DNA of 48,113 nucleotides, from positions 1,043,191-1,091,303 of the forward strand of contig JAHRHZ010000155.1 of NCBI GenBank assembly GCA_024137785.1, given 5' to 3'. The notes under the pieces are model-generated. The model was given only the letters and a program-made list of their open reading frames with translations, had not been told where the DNA came from and made no database searches. The first letter of the stretch is position 1. Each line of letters begins with the position of its first letter. The translations under genes were made by a program, and so were the position numbers. This DNA comes from Ginglymostoma cirratum (lineage: Eukaryota). Of the stretch, positions 13,432 to 25,749 are shown in pieces.

Positions 13432-13499
13432 ACCCCTTTATTTATCTATAAAGAGTGGAATCTCCCTTTAGAATCATTCTTCATAGGAGAAGTGTACTG

Positions 13500-14415
13500 A
13501 GCCTGAATATTCTGAATTATCCCATTAAATGCCTTTCACTCTGTCTCTATGTCTATTCATCTATACCTAGCCTTTTCTACAAACTCATTTTAGCTCTCCC
13601 AGCTTTCACAGCCACATAGTTGTCTTTATTTAAGTTTAGAAAACTAATCTTAGACACAATCTTGTCAGCAATTGTACTGAGGGACGTCTTTTCTCTGAGG
13701 TCATCCACTTCGCTTGCCATATTACACAATGTCAAGTCAAATATAGCCTGCTCTGTTCCAGAATGTGCCGCCTTCAGAACTTATCTCAAATTTTCCTGTG
13801 AATCTCCCTCCAGGCTACGATTGTCAATCTGATTTTTCAAGTTTCGATGTTGATTCAAGCCACTCATGATTATCACTGTCCCTTTATTGTGTACAGATCT
13901 GGTCACCACACTGCCAGAAAGATGTGGCGACTTTGGAAAGGATACAGAACTGGTTAACCAGGATGTTAACTGGTTTCAAGGGGATTAGCTACAAAGAGAG
14001 ATTGGACAAACTTGATTTGTTTTCACTTAAATGATGAAGGATGAGGGTTAGAACCTCATAGAACCTTACAGAATGATGAGAGCTCCGCATGGAATAGACA
14101 GTCGGAGTCGTTTTCCCAGGTTAGAAAAGTCAATCGCAAGGAGATTGAAGTTTAAGTTAAACAGGGTAAGTATAAAGGATGTTTGAGTGGCAGGGTTTTT
14201 ACACAGAGTGTCGAATGTGCCCGGAAAGTACTGCCAGAGGAGGAGGTGGAAGTGGATACAATAACAAAGTTGAAGAGGCATCTCTACAGACACATGAATA
14301 GGCAGGGAATTGAGAAATATAGACCTTGGAGAGACAAAGGCCTTTTAGTTTAGAAAGGCACCTTATTGGCACAGCCTTGGTGGGCCAAAGGGCCTGTTCC
14401 TGTACTGTACTGTGT
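13500..14415. mobile_element. CR1 fragments (minus-strand endonuclease piece ~13500-13870; plus-strand 3' end ~13890-14415)
   Basis: WSPHCQKDVATLERIQ..TRML.. plus 3' tail gggccaaagggcctgttcctgtactgtactgt. Confidence 0.75.
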
Positions 14416-15468
14416 TATAATCCAGTATTTTGTCATGTACATATTGTCTCACATTATAGTTACTGTTGGTGGCTATAGACCACTCCCACTAGTGACTTCT
14501 TTTGCCTACTTTTCCTTGCTACAGCTTCCTGACACAATTTCCCACTTCAACCTTATATCCAATGCCTGAAAATAACTCTCCACGTCTTCTCTTGTCTTGA
14601 AATGACTGTGACCGAGCAGGCAGGCTCCAGTTCATTGTTCACAGTGAGCTGTTCTGATGTGGAACCCACATTCTGAATGGGAGAAGGAAGCAGGTTGAAC
14701 GGGAACTTTCAAAAGGGCATTTGGATGAGTGAATGAGTGGCAAATTGGAACCAAGTGGTTAGATCTGGCAGATAGCCAGAACTAGCAGGATAGGCTGAAA
14801 GGCCTCTTTCTGTGCTGTGTCCGTTTGCGATTTAATGAATTTTTACTGTTCTGGAGATCAGCGACAAAGGGATACTGTAAATTTCTGATTTTACATATGT
14901 GCCAGTTTTGTGTTCTGCTTAACTGTCAGTGTTTCTACTTCCTTCTTGTGGTTGCTGTGCTGGGGAGACTGGGAAGTTACAGGCCTGGGCACTCTGTTTT
15001 GACTGCTGTTGTGAGAGTCTCTGACATCCTCCTACAGCTGTAAGGTTTAGGGAGGGAGTTCCAGAGCTCAAGATCCAGACATGGCCAGGATTGGGCGAGC
15101 AATAGAAAGTAGGAATAGTCAACGTTGGAATTGGAGAAACAAAAAGACATCAGAATATTGTTTGGTCTGGAGGAACTTACAAACATAGTGACAGGGGTAG
15201 GGGCTAGAGATGGCCACACAGGCAGGGAGGGTTATATGTGGGGAATGGGGAGAGTACAGCAATAGGGAGGAGTATAAGGGCTCAAGGAGGGTGCAGACAT
15301 AGGGAGGGTAGCAGGAGCTGGAGGAAATTACAGAGAGAGTGAGGGAGTATGAAACTTTATCCAAGGTTCACTCCTGAGAGAAAGCTGTACTACTGCAGTG
15401 TTTGGACTGAGGGCGCACCACTTCGCCAGAGGGCAGTACCAAGTGAGTGATGCACTGCCAGTGGTGAC

Positions 15469-15572
15469 CTTCTGAACGTGCATTATCTTAAGAACACCTT
15501 TAGCACAATGCAAAAATTCCCCTAAAGCCCACGTCTGAGCAATGTAGTCAACTGGAATAGTTCCTCCTGTAT
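15469..15572 (-). pseudogene. Candidate cytoplasmic or 3' UTR exon of paralog A (counterpart 29598-29700)
   Basis: Acceptor ttgtttctcAG conserved in both copies. Donor AAG|GTCACC here and AAG|GTAATC in B. Frame differs by 1 nt between copies; no ITIM consensus. Confidence 0.35.
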
Positions 15573-16354
15573 CTGAGAAACAAGGCATGAACATTACGAT
15601 GCCACAACTGACAGGAGGCTGTAAATGCCATGTGACATGTTTACGTTGGAAATTTTCATTCTACATTTAATCCAAGATTTCCAACAATGTGGGCAAGCCG
15701 ACAAAATGTGAGACCATCTTTGAGCCAACAATTTTGAATCAACGCAGAGTTTAATTGATATTTATCTGCAGATCAGCCTGTGTATTTTATTCCATTCTGT
15801 TAATCAATGGAACAATGTTCATAACTGACATGCTCCTTTGAATTTCTCACTGCGTGAATAAGATGCAGCATTCAGAATGTATCTTCAGTTCTGATAACAA
15901 AGTCAAGCAAAGTCGTGTTTCTGTTCAGGACTATTTGACCATGTTGGCTATGCTCAGTCTTGGGTATAATGGAGTCACACACCAGCAGTGAGGAGCAGAA
16001 GGGGTGGAGAAAGTTTCAGTTTGATGAGGAGGGGAAGGAGAAGCTCTCATTTGAGGTGTATCTCCGTACACTAAGAAGCAACATGCTGAAGTTTAACTGC
16101 CTCTCATTTCTAGAACTCACTGCCTATGAGGTGGGGTGCAAGGGGAGATGCTCAATAATTTCAAATGAAAATTGGATGGACACGTGTGAGAAATAAATTT
16201 GCAGAACAATAAAGAGAGAATGAGGAAATGGGAATGACTAAAGAGAGAGCTGGCCTGGCTCAATGGACTGAATGGTATACTTCTGTGCTGTAATAACGTT
16301 ATGACTCTCAAATGATCCTAACCAGTGCTATTATCGGGATTCATTTCAACTTAC

Positions 16355-16531
16355 CTAAACAGCACATGTGACTTTGTTGCACTGACAAAGCTTGAAAAAG
16401 CCTTTCAGTTTCTCTTAACTTTTTGCTCTCACAGACAAAAACACCAGCATCAGTGAGAACAACAGCTGCAATGAATATCCCAGCTCATATTCCCAGGATC
16501 AGGATCACATGCAGACTCATCCCTCTGCTAT
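16355..16531 (-). pseudogene. Transmembrane exon of Siglec-like paralog A with in-frame TGA
   Basis: Acceptor ctctgtgttttccAG and donor G|GTAAGT; 177 nt, phase 1-1. Reads DSRGMSLHVILILGI*AGIFIAAVVLTDAGVFVCESKKLRE; TGA at 16485-16487. Confidence 0.7.
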
Positions 16532-17102
16532 CTGGAAAACACAGAGAAAGCATTAATCGCTTACCGTCCACTTTCAATCTCCCAATGTGGGTGTACACTC
16601 AAGTTTTATTTCACTGCAACATTTACTGCAAAGCTGGTTCATCAACGTCTCAGAGATCAGAGAGCTACTGATATCACTGCTGTTTGTGGGAGCTTGCTGT
16701 GCTCACGTTGGATGCTGTGTCTCCTGCATCACGTCAGTGACTACATCTCAAGAATTGCTTCATTTCTGTGAGAGTTTTGGCTTGCCCTGGAGTTGTGAAG
16801 TACACTATTGAAATGCAAGTCTATTGCTTTTGCCTCTTTGTAAGATCCTTAAACAGGATTAGAGAGAATGATGCGTGCAGATAAGCTGATAACATTGATG
16901 GACACAGTCAATACATTTAATCGCTGATATCAAAGTAAGAAATAGAGGTTGCTCGAGAACTGAATGGGAAACTATCACCAGGTTATTGAGAATCAGACGC
17001 TGGTAACAAGCCATCTTTTGTGTTAATGCCACATGTCACAGTTTGTGTTATCTCTCGTTGAGCACTGGATGTGAATTGTTGAATAATTATAACAGCACTT
17101 AC

Positions 17103-17468
17103 CAGAAATGTGAAGACGGGTCACAGTAAAGTAGCTGTAAATATTTTCATTATCAAATTTTATTCTGCAATAATATAGTCCTGCATCTTCCTGTGTGATG
17201 TTGTTTATAGTCAGGGAACAGTCTCCATCTTTTAGGTCTCCAGACAGCTGGGTCCGATGGCGAAATCGAGGCACTTCATTGCAGTGATTCTTGGAGTGAA
17301 AAGCTACTGACCATGTTTTCAATCCCTTTTGATAAAACCAGATTCCAACTCGCAGTTGGTTTGCCAGATGTAAAGGATAACTGTAACGACATGGAATCTG
17401 TGCAGGGGAACCTTCCCACGCTGTCACCACACCTGAAGTGTGGACTTGCACATTTTGTGCCAGACCAA
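17103..17468 (-). pseudogene. V-set exon of Siglec-like paralog A (open frame, acceptor AG lost)
   Basis: 366 nt, about 61% aa identity to gene 1 by hand count. Donor G|GTAAGT intact; acceptor position reads AC (17469-17470). Arg retained (17164-17166). Confidence 0.85.
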
Positions 17469-18683
17469 GTCGGGGGTGGGGTGGAGAAATACCAGTATTT
17501 ATCACTGGGTGGTCTGTACGACCACCAGACTAGGTATCTGTGTACAGCGACAGTCATGCGGATAAACTAGAGGACACACATGGAACTCTACAAAGTCTCA
17601 CAACAGATGGAGGGGAATCCTGGACATAAGACTGAAGCCAGTTTTCTACTCAACATAGTGTCAAAAAGATAAACCAATGTAGGAACATTCAGTGCTGATT
17701 TACAGGACAGGACAATGGATGAAAAGACCTCAGAACTAACACTATTCTCTCTAATCTCTGAGTCGCTAATCAGCTTAACCTTCCTGGATCCTCATGGTCT
17801 AAGGTAGTAATTCTCAAATCTTATCATTTGAAAATTCCTTTTCATACGGTTTAGTAATTACAGACCCCCAATCCAATTTATAAAACAGTTTAATATCCCA
17901 AACATAAGAGTCCTGTGTGGAAGACAGTTTTAATAATGGGACTCAGAAAGCAGGCAATCACTTTGAGGACAATGTCTTTGATGTAGACAATGATAAGACA
18001 TACCAGGGATATGATGAGAGACACCAAGCATAAAAGGTTTAGTGTGAATTTAATGGAGTGCATTGGATATAGACACAGGAACAGACCATTCAGCCCAACT
18101 AAATCATGCTGTTGTTCATGTTTCATTCCTAACAACATGTCTCTCTTCACAATCCAATACTCATGACGCAGAAATTAATTTGTGCCTTCATTTCCCCAGT
18201 CTATTAATATCCTCCTGTAATCTGTCACTGTCCCCCTCAATACTGACTGTCACTCCGACATGAACATCCTCACACACATCAACTCGACAGTTTTTTTAAT
18301 GTGGTGAAGGATTGTCTATTAATGGAATAGAGAGACAATCAGCTCCCAGATCCAATCCAGTCCTGATAGACAACCGTCTCACCCCATGGAGATGATTAAC
18401 AGCGTCAAAGCAGCTTTTCTTAAAGGAGTTAATTTTGGCTAAACAGTTTCCGAGTTTAATTTTCTCCAAGACTTCTAAATGTCTCCAGCGCTTTCCATTT
18501 CTCTTTTATCAGACATAGGGAGCAGGAGTAGGCCATTCAATGCCTTTAACCTGATCCATTCATCAGGAAGGTCATGGCTGATCTGATTCTGAACTGAACT
18601 CCAATTTCTTGCCTGTCCCTCCCAAAATGCCTCTTTGACAGCTTTGTCCACTCATTGTTTTACTTTCTGAAATGACTGCACAG

Positions 18684-19929
18684 AAACTGGGTTCTGTCAC
18701 CAAGTCATTCTTCATTCACTGGAGCATAGTACATTTGCTGTGACCAGGCAACTCGGAGTCAGACCTCAAATGAGGAGATTCTTATCTCCTGGTCATATTT
18801 TTGGCAAAGTGTACATTTTTCATTCAGATGTCATAATGCACCAATAAACATCCAGTTTCTAGACTCACTGATTCCTACTGTACATTTTTTTGTCAACTCC
18901 TTCAGTGGTTAGGCCAGAGAACCCACTTCCACAAGCAGCAGCAGCACCAGGAAATCCTTCTGGTATCACATTAGGCATGCCCCCAGCAACCTGATACAAT
19001 GTGCTGACAATTGGATGGCAGATCTTACCCAGTTATTTCAGTTGATGTTTATATTCATCTTTGCCTGCAGTCCAGTTTTTATCCAGTCAGATCACATTCA
19101 CAACACATTTGTCGAAAACTTTCTGCTTGTCGTCATCACTGTTTTGGTCTACACACGGGGCTAATATTCAGCCTACACATGGGGCTAATATTTGGCCTAC
19201 ACACGGGGCAGAGGTAGGAAGACCAGGCCCAGGCAGCAACAGATCTGGGCTGAGGCCCAGGCAGCAGCATAATGAGGAACAGGCAGCAGTAGCAGGACCA
19301 GGCCCAGGCAGCAGTGGATCCGGGGCCAGGCAGCAGTGGGAGACCCAGGTAGGATCAGGCAGCAGCAACAGGAGCAACAGGGGGTTTACTCAGCCCAAAA
19401 CAGGAACACAGCCGAGGAGCAAACCAACTTCTCCCTCAAGAGGAACACTGGCTGTGGACAGCCAGCTCAAAGTCATTCCTCAACTGAGGAGATTCTAATC
19501 TCCTGCTTAAATTGGTGAAACAGGGCTTTACTGATTGGCCCAGATTAGCAACCCCAATCAAGGATCATGATCAATGAGTTCCACCTGGTCCCAATCACTA
19601 CATCCCTCTCCCCCTAAGCCCAGGGATCTGCCATCCGCTACAGTGATCTGCTCTCGCCGGCTCTAAAAAGGTTTCAATCCACATTGTGATGTTCCTTCTG
19701 TTTCCCCCATTACCACCAGCTCTCTCAGTTTCACTCAGACAGGATCCTTTTGTGTCCACAGTTGGATATTTTCGGCAGTGACTGGAAGAGTGTCCAAAAA
19801 GTTTAAAACCAAAATGGACTCTTCCCAGCGAGGCACCACTGGTGGAGTATCTGCCAGTGGGAGGTAGCTCAAGGAATCCAATGGCTTCCTGGATGGTGTT
19901 CTAACTTGTACGCACCAAGAATAAGGGCC
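18684..19929 (-). mobile_element. LTR-like element remnant (counterpart ~33960-35714)
   Basis: Minus strand shows purine tract GGGGAGAGGGA then TGTAGT at 19602. A partial second copy of the same repeat lies at ~18684-18795. Internal tandem repeats. Confidence 0.5.
19140..19385. repeat. 24-bp minisatellite (3 units) followed by GCAGCA/GGCCCAGG-rich repeat
   Basis: Unit TTTGGCCTACACACGGGGCTAATA, then ccaggcagcagc reiterations. Confidence 0.8.
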
Positions 19930-21256
19930 TGTTATGGACTAGGCCAGATCCCGCAAAAATATTTTAAGAAGGTAGCTGCGACCCTAACTTTTCCTTATCT
20001 TAAAGGCAGATGTGAAATGGGTGTTCCAGGTGTGATACAGCTGTCAAACCACTCGCCTTTAAGCAAACCCTAATTATTTAAACACTACAGTTAAAACACG
20101 AACAAAAGAAATTGGAATTTAGAGTAACTTAACTATTGGAAAACTTAAAAAACCTGATGCAGCAACGTAACTAATTAACTGTTCTGACGTAGTAACATCC
20201 CATAAACATACCACTTGGCAAAAAGGTAAATTCAAACAGAGATTCTTACAGGCAGGAGGGAACAACATCCAGAGAGAGATTTAAGAGGAAGTCAGCCACT
20301 CTTCTGAACTCACACATCTTTTGACTGCTACTGCTAAAGAAAAACTGAAAAACATGAACTCGGAGAACTGGCCACTCCCCTTCCATTGTTAAACTGTTTT
20401 ATAAAAACCTTAAGGCTCTTTTAGTTGGCTTAGCCAGTCTCTTGTAGCCATTTGAGCTCTTCTGCCTTTACAACTTCTCTTCAAAAAACCACAGGGCAAA
20501 ATAACTTTTTTACAGAGTCAGCATTGGCACAAGTCCCCGTCTCTTAATTTCAAAACCCTTAGTCTTGCTCTGTTACTACACTACAATACATATACATTAC
20601 ATTGAATCTGAACATGCAACATTCACTACACACTACGATTTCAGTCTGTTTACTCCTGCCACCGAAAGCCTCTGTCTTTCTTCATCATAGTCATGACAAC
20701 ACGTCGGCAATTAACGTTTTCGCATTCTGCTGCAAGTATAATTTTCAAAATGAATGGCTGCAGTAATAAGCTCCATCTAAGCAGTCTGCAATTTTTCTCC
20801 TTAACTTACTCCAAAAACATTAATGTGTTATCATCAGGATATACAATTGCGTCAGACACGTTACAGGCAATATAAATGTTGAAATGTTGTAATGCCAACA
20901 CCAAGCCCAAGGTCTCCTTCTCAATCGTGGAATATTTTTGTTGATGATAATTCAATTTCCGGCAGAAATACCCAATGGTCTTCCTATCTTCTTGTCGTCT
21001 TCTTGTAACAGTGCAACACGGACACGCACATCAGTTGCAATGATGACCACTTTGAATGGCTTTGTGTAATTAGCTAACCCTGGGGTCGTGGTTAACATAG
21101 CTTTCAGGCTGTCAAACACCCTCTAATGGTCTGCCATTCACTGAAAATTTCTGCTCTGCTTCAATAAGTCAGTCAGTGGAGAAACCACACTGCTAAAATT
21201 CAGTACGATTTTCCGACAAAACCTTCTCAATCGCAGAAATCATAGTACTGCTCTCC
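19930..21256 (-). mobile_element. Gypsy 3' LTR (19930-20531) plus RT/RNase H remnant
   Basis: TG...CA termini, purine tract next to 20531, RNase H YSTIEKETLGLVLALQHF. Matches 35715-36334 and 37325-37930. Confidence 0.85.
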
Positions 21257-22345
21257 TCACCGGTGTTGCTGGGAACTGCCCAATAACCTTTTTTTTTCAC
21301 AATCCATGGGGTCATCTGTCCAAAGCATCATCCTCCAGCACTTCCGCCATCTGCAATCTGACCCCGCTACCAAAGACATTTCTCCCTCCCCACCCTTATC
21401 TGCCTTCCGAAGGGACCATTCTCTCCTTGACTCCCTTGTCTGCTCCACACTCCCCACCAGCCCCACCACACCCGGCACTTTTCCCTGCAACCGCAGGAAG
21501 TGCTACACCTGCCCCTAAACCTCCCTACTCACCCCCTTCCCAGGCTCCAAGAAGACCTTCCACATCAAGCAGATGTTCACCTGCACATCTGCTAACATGG
21601 TATACTGTATCCACTGTTCCCAATGTAGCCTCCTCTACATCGGGGAAACCAAGTGGAGGCTTGGAGACCGTTTTGTGGAACAGCTACGCTCAGTTCGCGA
21701 CAAACGACTGCACCTCCCAGTCGCGAACAATTTCAACTCCCCCTCCCACTCCCTGGACGACATGTCCATCCTGGGCCTCCTCCAGTGCCACAACGATGCC
21801 ACCCGAAGGTTGCAGGAACAGCACCTCATATTTTGCTTGGGAACCCTGTAGCCCAATGGTATAAATGTGGATTTCACAAGCTTCAAAATCTCCCCTCCCC
21901 CAACCGCATCCCAAAACCAGCCCAGCTCGTCCCCACCTCCCTAACCTGTCCGTCCTTCATCCCACCTATCCGCTCCTCCCACTTCAAGCCCCACCCCACC
22001 TCCTACCTGCAAACCTCATCCCGCCTCCTTGACATATCCATCCTCCCAGGACTGACTGATCCCCACCCTAACTCCCCACCTACACTCACCTTTAGCAGTT
22101 CCATCCCCGCCTCTTTGACCTGTCTCTCTCCTCCCTACCTATTTTCTCCCTTATCCACCTTCCATCTGCCTCCCCCTCTGTCTCTATTTATTTCAGAATC
22201 CCCTTCCTCTTCCCCATTTCTGAAGAAGGGGCCAGACCTAAAATGTCAGCTTTCCTGCTCCTCTGATGCTGCTTGGCCTGCTGTGTTCCTTCAGCTCTAC
22301 ACCTTGTTATCTCAGATTCTCCAGCATCTGCAGTTCCCACTATCT
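21257..22345 (+). mobile_element. 5'-truncated Penelope-like element (GIY-YIG + 3' repeat)
   Basis: PGTFPCNRRKCYTCP, FTCTSANMVYCIHCSQCSLLYIGETKWRLGDRFVEQ, LQEQHLIFCLGTL. Degenerate hammerhead at 22216-22250. Confidence 0.93.
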
Positions 22346-24225
22346 CTGCAACATAACCTAACTGCTTTTAATCTCAATCCTTTTCGTAATAAAGGACAAA
22401 ATTCCATTTGTCTTCGTAACTACCTTTTGTAGCTGCGAAGCAACCTTTTGTAATTTCTGCACAAGGACACCTTGACACTCTGCACAGCAACATGCTGCAA
22501 CTTTTTTACCGTTGAAATAATCTCCCTTTTACTGTTATTCCTTCCAAAATGGATGACTTCACATTTATCAACATTGAATTCGATCTGCCAGACTTTCGCT
22601 CACTCACTTAAGCTATCTATATCTTTGTGCAAACTTTCAGAGTCCTCTGCACACTTTGCTCTACCACTCATCTTAATGTCATCCGCAAACTTTGACACAA
22701 TGTACGTGGTCCCCAACTCATCTGATACTACCTCTTTCAGTAACACCTGAAGGAGGAGTGAGGCTCTTTAAACTTGTGTTCTCAAATAAACCTGTTGGAC
22801 TATAACCTGGTGTTGTGTGAGCTCTGACCAAATCATCTGTGTAAATTATAAACAATTATGGTCTCAACACTGATCGCTAGGGCACACCACTAGTCACTGT
22901 TCATCAACCAGAAAAGCATGCATTTATCACCAAACTTTGCTTCCTGCCAGTTAACCAATCCTTGGTCCATGCCAATACCTTGTCTGGAACATCGTACACC
23001 TTTATCTTATGCAACACCTTTGGTGCAGCACCTTGTCAAATACCTTTTGGAAATCCGAATACACCATATCTACTGGTCCCCATTGTCCACCGCACTCACA
23101 ATATCTGCATACAATTCCAGCAAATTAGTCAAATATAACCTGCCCTTCCTGTACCCATGCTGCATCCACCCAATGGAGCAATTTCTATCCAGACGTAATG
23201 TTTTTAATTCCTTGATGACAGATTCAAGCATTTTCCCCATGACAGAAGTTAAGCTCACCAGCCGATAATTCCTCACCTTTTTTCCTACCACCTTTTTTGA
23301 ACAGTGATGTCTCATTGGCTGTTTTCCAATTTGTTGGAACTGCAACAGAGTCCAGCAAATTCTGGAACGTTACCGCAAATGTATTTGCTAATTCTCCCAA
23401 AATCTCTTTTAGTACACGGGGATGCATTCCGTCAGGGCCAGGAAGAGTTGCTTACCTTTAGCTCCACCAGCTTACTCAACAATACCTCTTTAGTGATAAT
23501 GATTGTTTCTCATTCCTCACCTACCTTAGTCTCTCTGTCATCAATTGCTGGCAAGTTATTTGTATTCTCCACAGTGAAGACCAACGCAAAATACATCTTC
23601 AATGCCTCACGTATTTCCTCGTTTCCCTTGATTAAATCCCCTTCTCATCCTCTAAAGGACCAATAATCACCTTAGACACTCTTTTTATTTTACGTAGTTA
23701 TAGAAACGTTTACAATCTGTCCTTATATTCTAGGCTAGTTTAGTCTCATAATCTACATTACTTTCCTTCATAGCCTTTTTGTGTCTTTCTGTTGACCTTT
23801 AAAGTTTTCCCAATCTTCTAGTTTCCTACTGGTATTTGCCACTTTATATGTCTTATCTCTCAATTTGAGAGCCTCCCTTACTTCCTGAGACATCCATGGC
23901 TAATTACATCTTTTCCTACAGTCCTTCCTTTTCACTGGTATATACTTTTGCTGAGCACTTTGAAAATTGCTTTAAAAGACCTCCACTATTCCTCACTGTC
24001 CCAACATAAAGTCTTTGCTTCCAGTCTACTTTAGCCAACTCCTTCCTCGTCCTATTTTATCTCTTTTGTTTGAGCATGGCACCCTCGTGTTGGATTTTAT
24101 TTTTTCACTTTCCATCTGTGTTCTAAATTCAACCAGAATGTGATTCCTCCTTTCAAGAGGATCCCGAACTATGAGTTCATTAATTATCCCTGTCTCATTT
24201 CACAGGTCCAGAACGAGGATAGCTT
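22346..24225 (-). mobile_element. CR1 LINE RT region
   Basis: MHPRVLKE, VPTNWKTAN, NYRLVSLTSVMGKMLES, QHGYRKGR..LTNLLE. Interrupted at 22720-22830 by a short hammerhead-type repeat. Confidence 0.9.
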
Positions 24226-24710
24226 CATTTCTGAACAAGGGTCTAGGCCCGAAACATCAGCCTTCCTGCTCCTCTGATGCTGCTTGGCCTGCTGTGTTCA
24301 TCCAGCTCTACACCTTGTTATCTTACTTCATACTCTGCCTCAGCATTCCTCAGCCCAATGGCCTAAATATGGACTTCACCAGTTTCATAATCTCTCCCAC
24401 CCCCGGACTATCCCGTGACCAACCGGTCCTCTCATCCCCGCCACCGTGACCTGACATATCCTATCCATCTTCTAGCCCACATGTCTGCTCCTCCCACCTC
24501 GCTGACCAATTCCCACCACTGCCTACCTGCACTCATCTATCACCATTCCACCCACCTTCCCCAGCCCCACACCTCCTCTCTCTATTTATTTCTGAATCCT
24601 TTCCCCATTCCCATCTCTGAAGATGGGTCTCAACCGGAAACGTCAGTGTTCCTATTCCTCTGAAGCCCCTGGCCTGCTGTGTTTCTCCAGCTCAACACTT
24701 TGTTATACAT
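24226..24710 (+). mobile_element. Penelope 3' remnant in partial-tandem arrangement
   Basis: Two copies of the terminal repeat (24227-24325, 24610-24708), each with a hammerhead-like core, around QPNGLNMDFTSF. Confidence 0.8.
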
Positions 24711-24714
24711 GATA

Positions 24715-25115
24715 TCTTAATTCTTGTCTCTATTGTTTGGGAATTGAGAACAAGTATGCCATATACTTCCTTTACCACTTCCTGTATGGAATTCGACAAG
24801 GTGGATACTGCAAGGTTGTTTCCCATTGTGGGAATGTCTAACACTCGAGTGCATCAAATCAGAGTAAGGACAAAAGAGAGATGAGGAGAAATCCATCTCA
24901 ACAAATTGTGATTCTCTACATTCTTTACCACAAAGGGCCATAGAGGCTATGTCATTACTTATATTCCAAGCTGAGCCATGCAGATTCTTAATCAGTAAGT
25001 GAATCGAGAGTTATAGGGCAAAGGCAGTTGAGAATTATTAGATCAGACATGATCTCATTGAATGGCAGAGCAGACTTGATGGGCTGAATGGTCAATGTCT
25101 GCTCAAACATCTTGA
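24715..25115 (+). mobile_element. CR1 3' fragment
   Basis: Decayed VD..RLFP.VG.S.TR.H segment and tail gatgggctgaatggtc..tctgctc. Confidence 0.7.
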
Positions 25116-25234
25116 AGTACCATTGGGTAAGGACTAATTTTTTTGTCACATTGCTTTTCATGTCCAGGTTCTCATCAGGTATAGGATTCTATTGCTCATT
25201 CTGCCCATTTATATGTAGCTCAGGGACATGACTT

Positions 25235-25570
25235 AGACTAAAACTCCCTACAGTATGGAAACAGGCCCTTCAGCCCAACAAGTCCACACCAACTCTCACA
25301 GCATCCCACTTACAGCATCCCACCCAGAACCATGCCCCTACAACCCACCTAATCTACACATCCCTGAACACTCTGGGCAATTTAGAATGGTCAATCCCCC
25401 TAGCCTGCACTTCTTTGGTCTGAGGGAGGAAACCAGAGCACCTGGATAAAACCCACCAGACATGGGGAGAATGTGAAAAATCTACACAGACAGTTGCCCA
25501 AGAGTGGAATTGACCGCAGGCCCCTGGTGCTGTGAGGCAGCAATGCTAAACACTGACCCACCATGCCACC
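25235..25570 (-). mobile_element. HE1-type tRNA-derived SINE
   Basis: Reverse complement of the 27950-28285 family: A/B-box head, gtttgcacattctccccatgtctg core, CR1-like tail. Confidence 0.88.
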
Positions 25571-25749
25571 ATACATTGCAACATTGCTCTAGTTTCCTAA
25601 TGCCCTTGTGCTACATCCCTCACTTGGAAACATCTTCTCTATGCTTACCCCATCAAATTCTTTCTAATTATCTCAATTGTGTCACCCCTTCTGCTTTCTC
25701 TTTCTGTGAAATTCTGTCCTTTCTCCTGCCTGCCTCCAATAGGCGGAAA

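Larger units (their letters stand above)
14277..23430. repeat. Segmental duplication copy A
   Basis: Colinear with 28565-41725, including unique sequence, TM exon, Gypsy LTR and a CR1 carrying the same short insertion at the same site (22720-22830 vs 41000-41130). Confidence 0.92.

Noticed and set aside
16485-16487. Selenocysteine or readthrough at the shared TGA
   Set aside because: No SECIS recognised, and both copies carry other disabling lesions.
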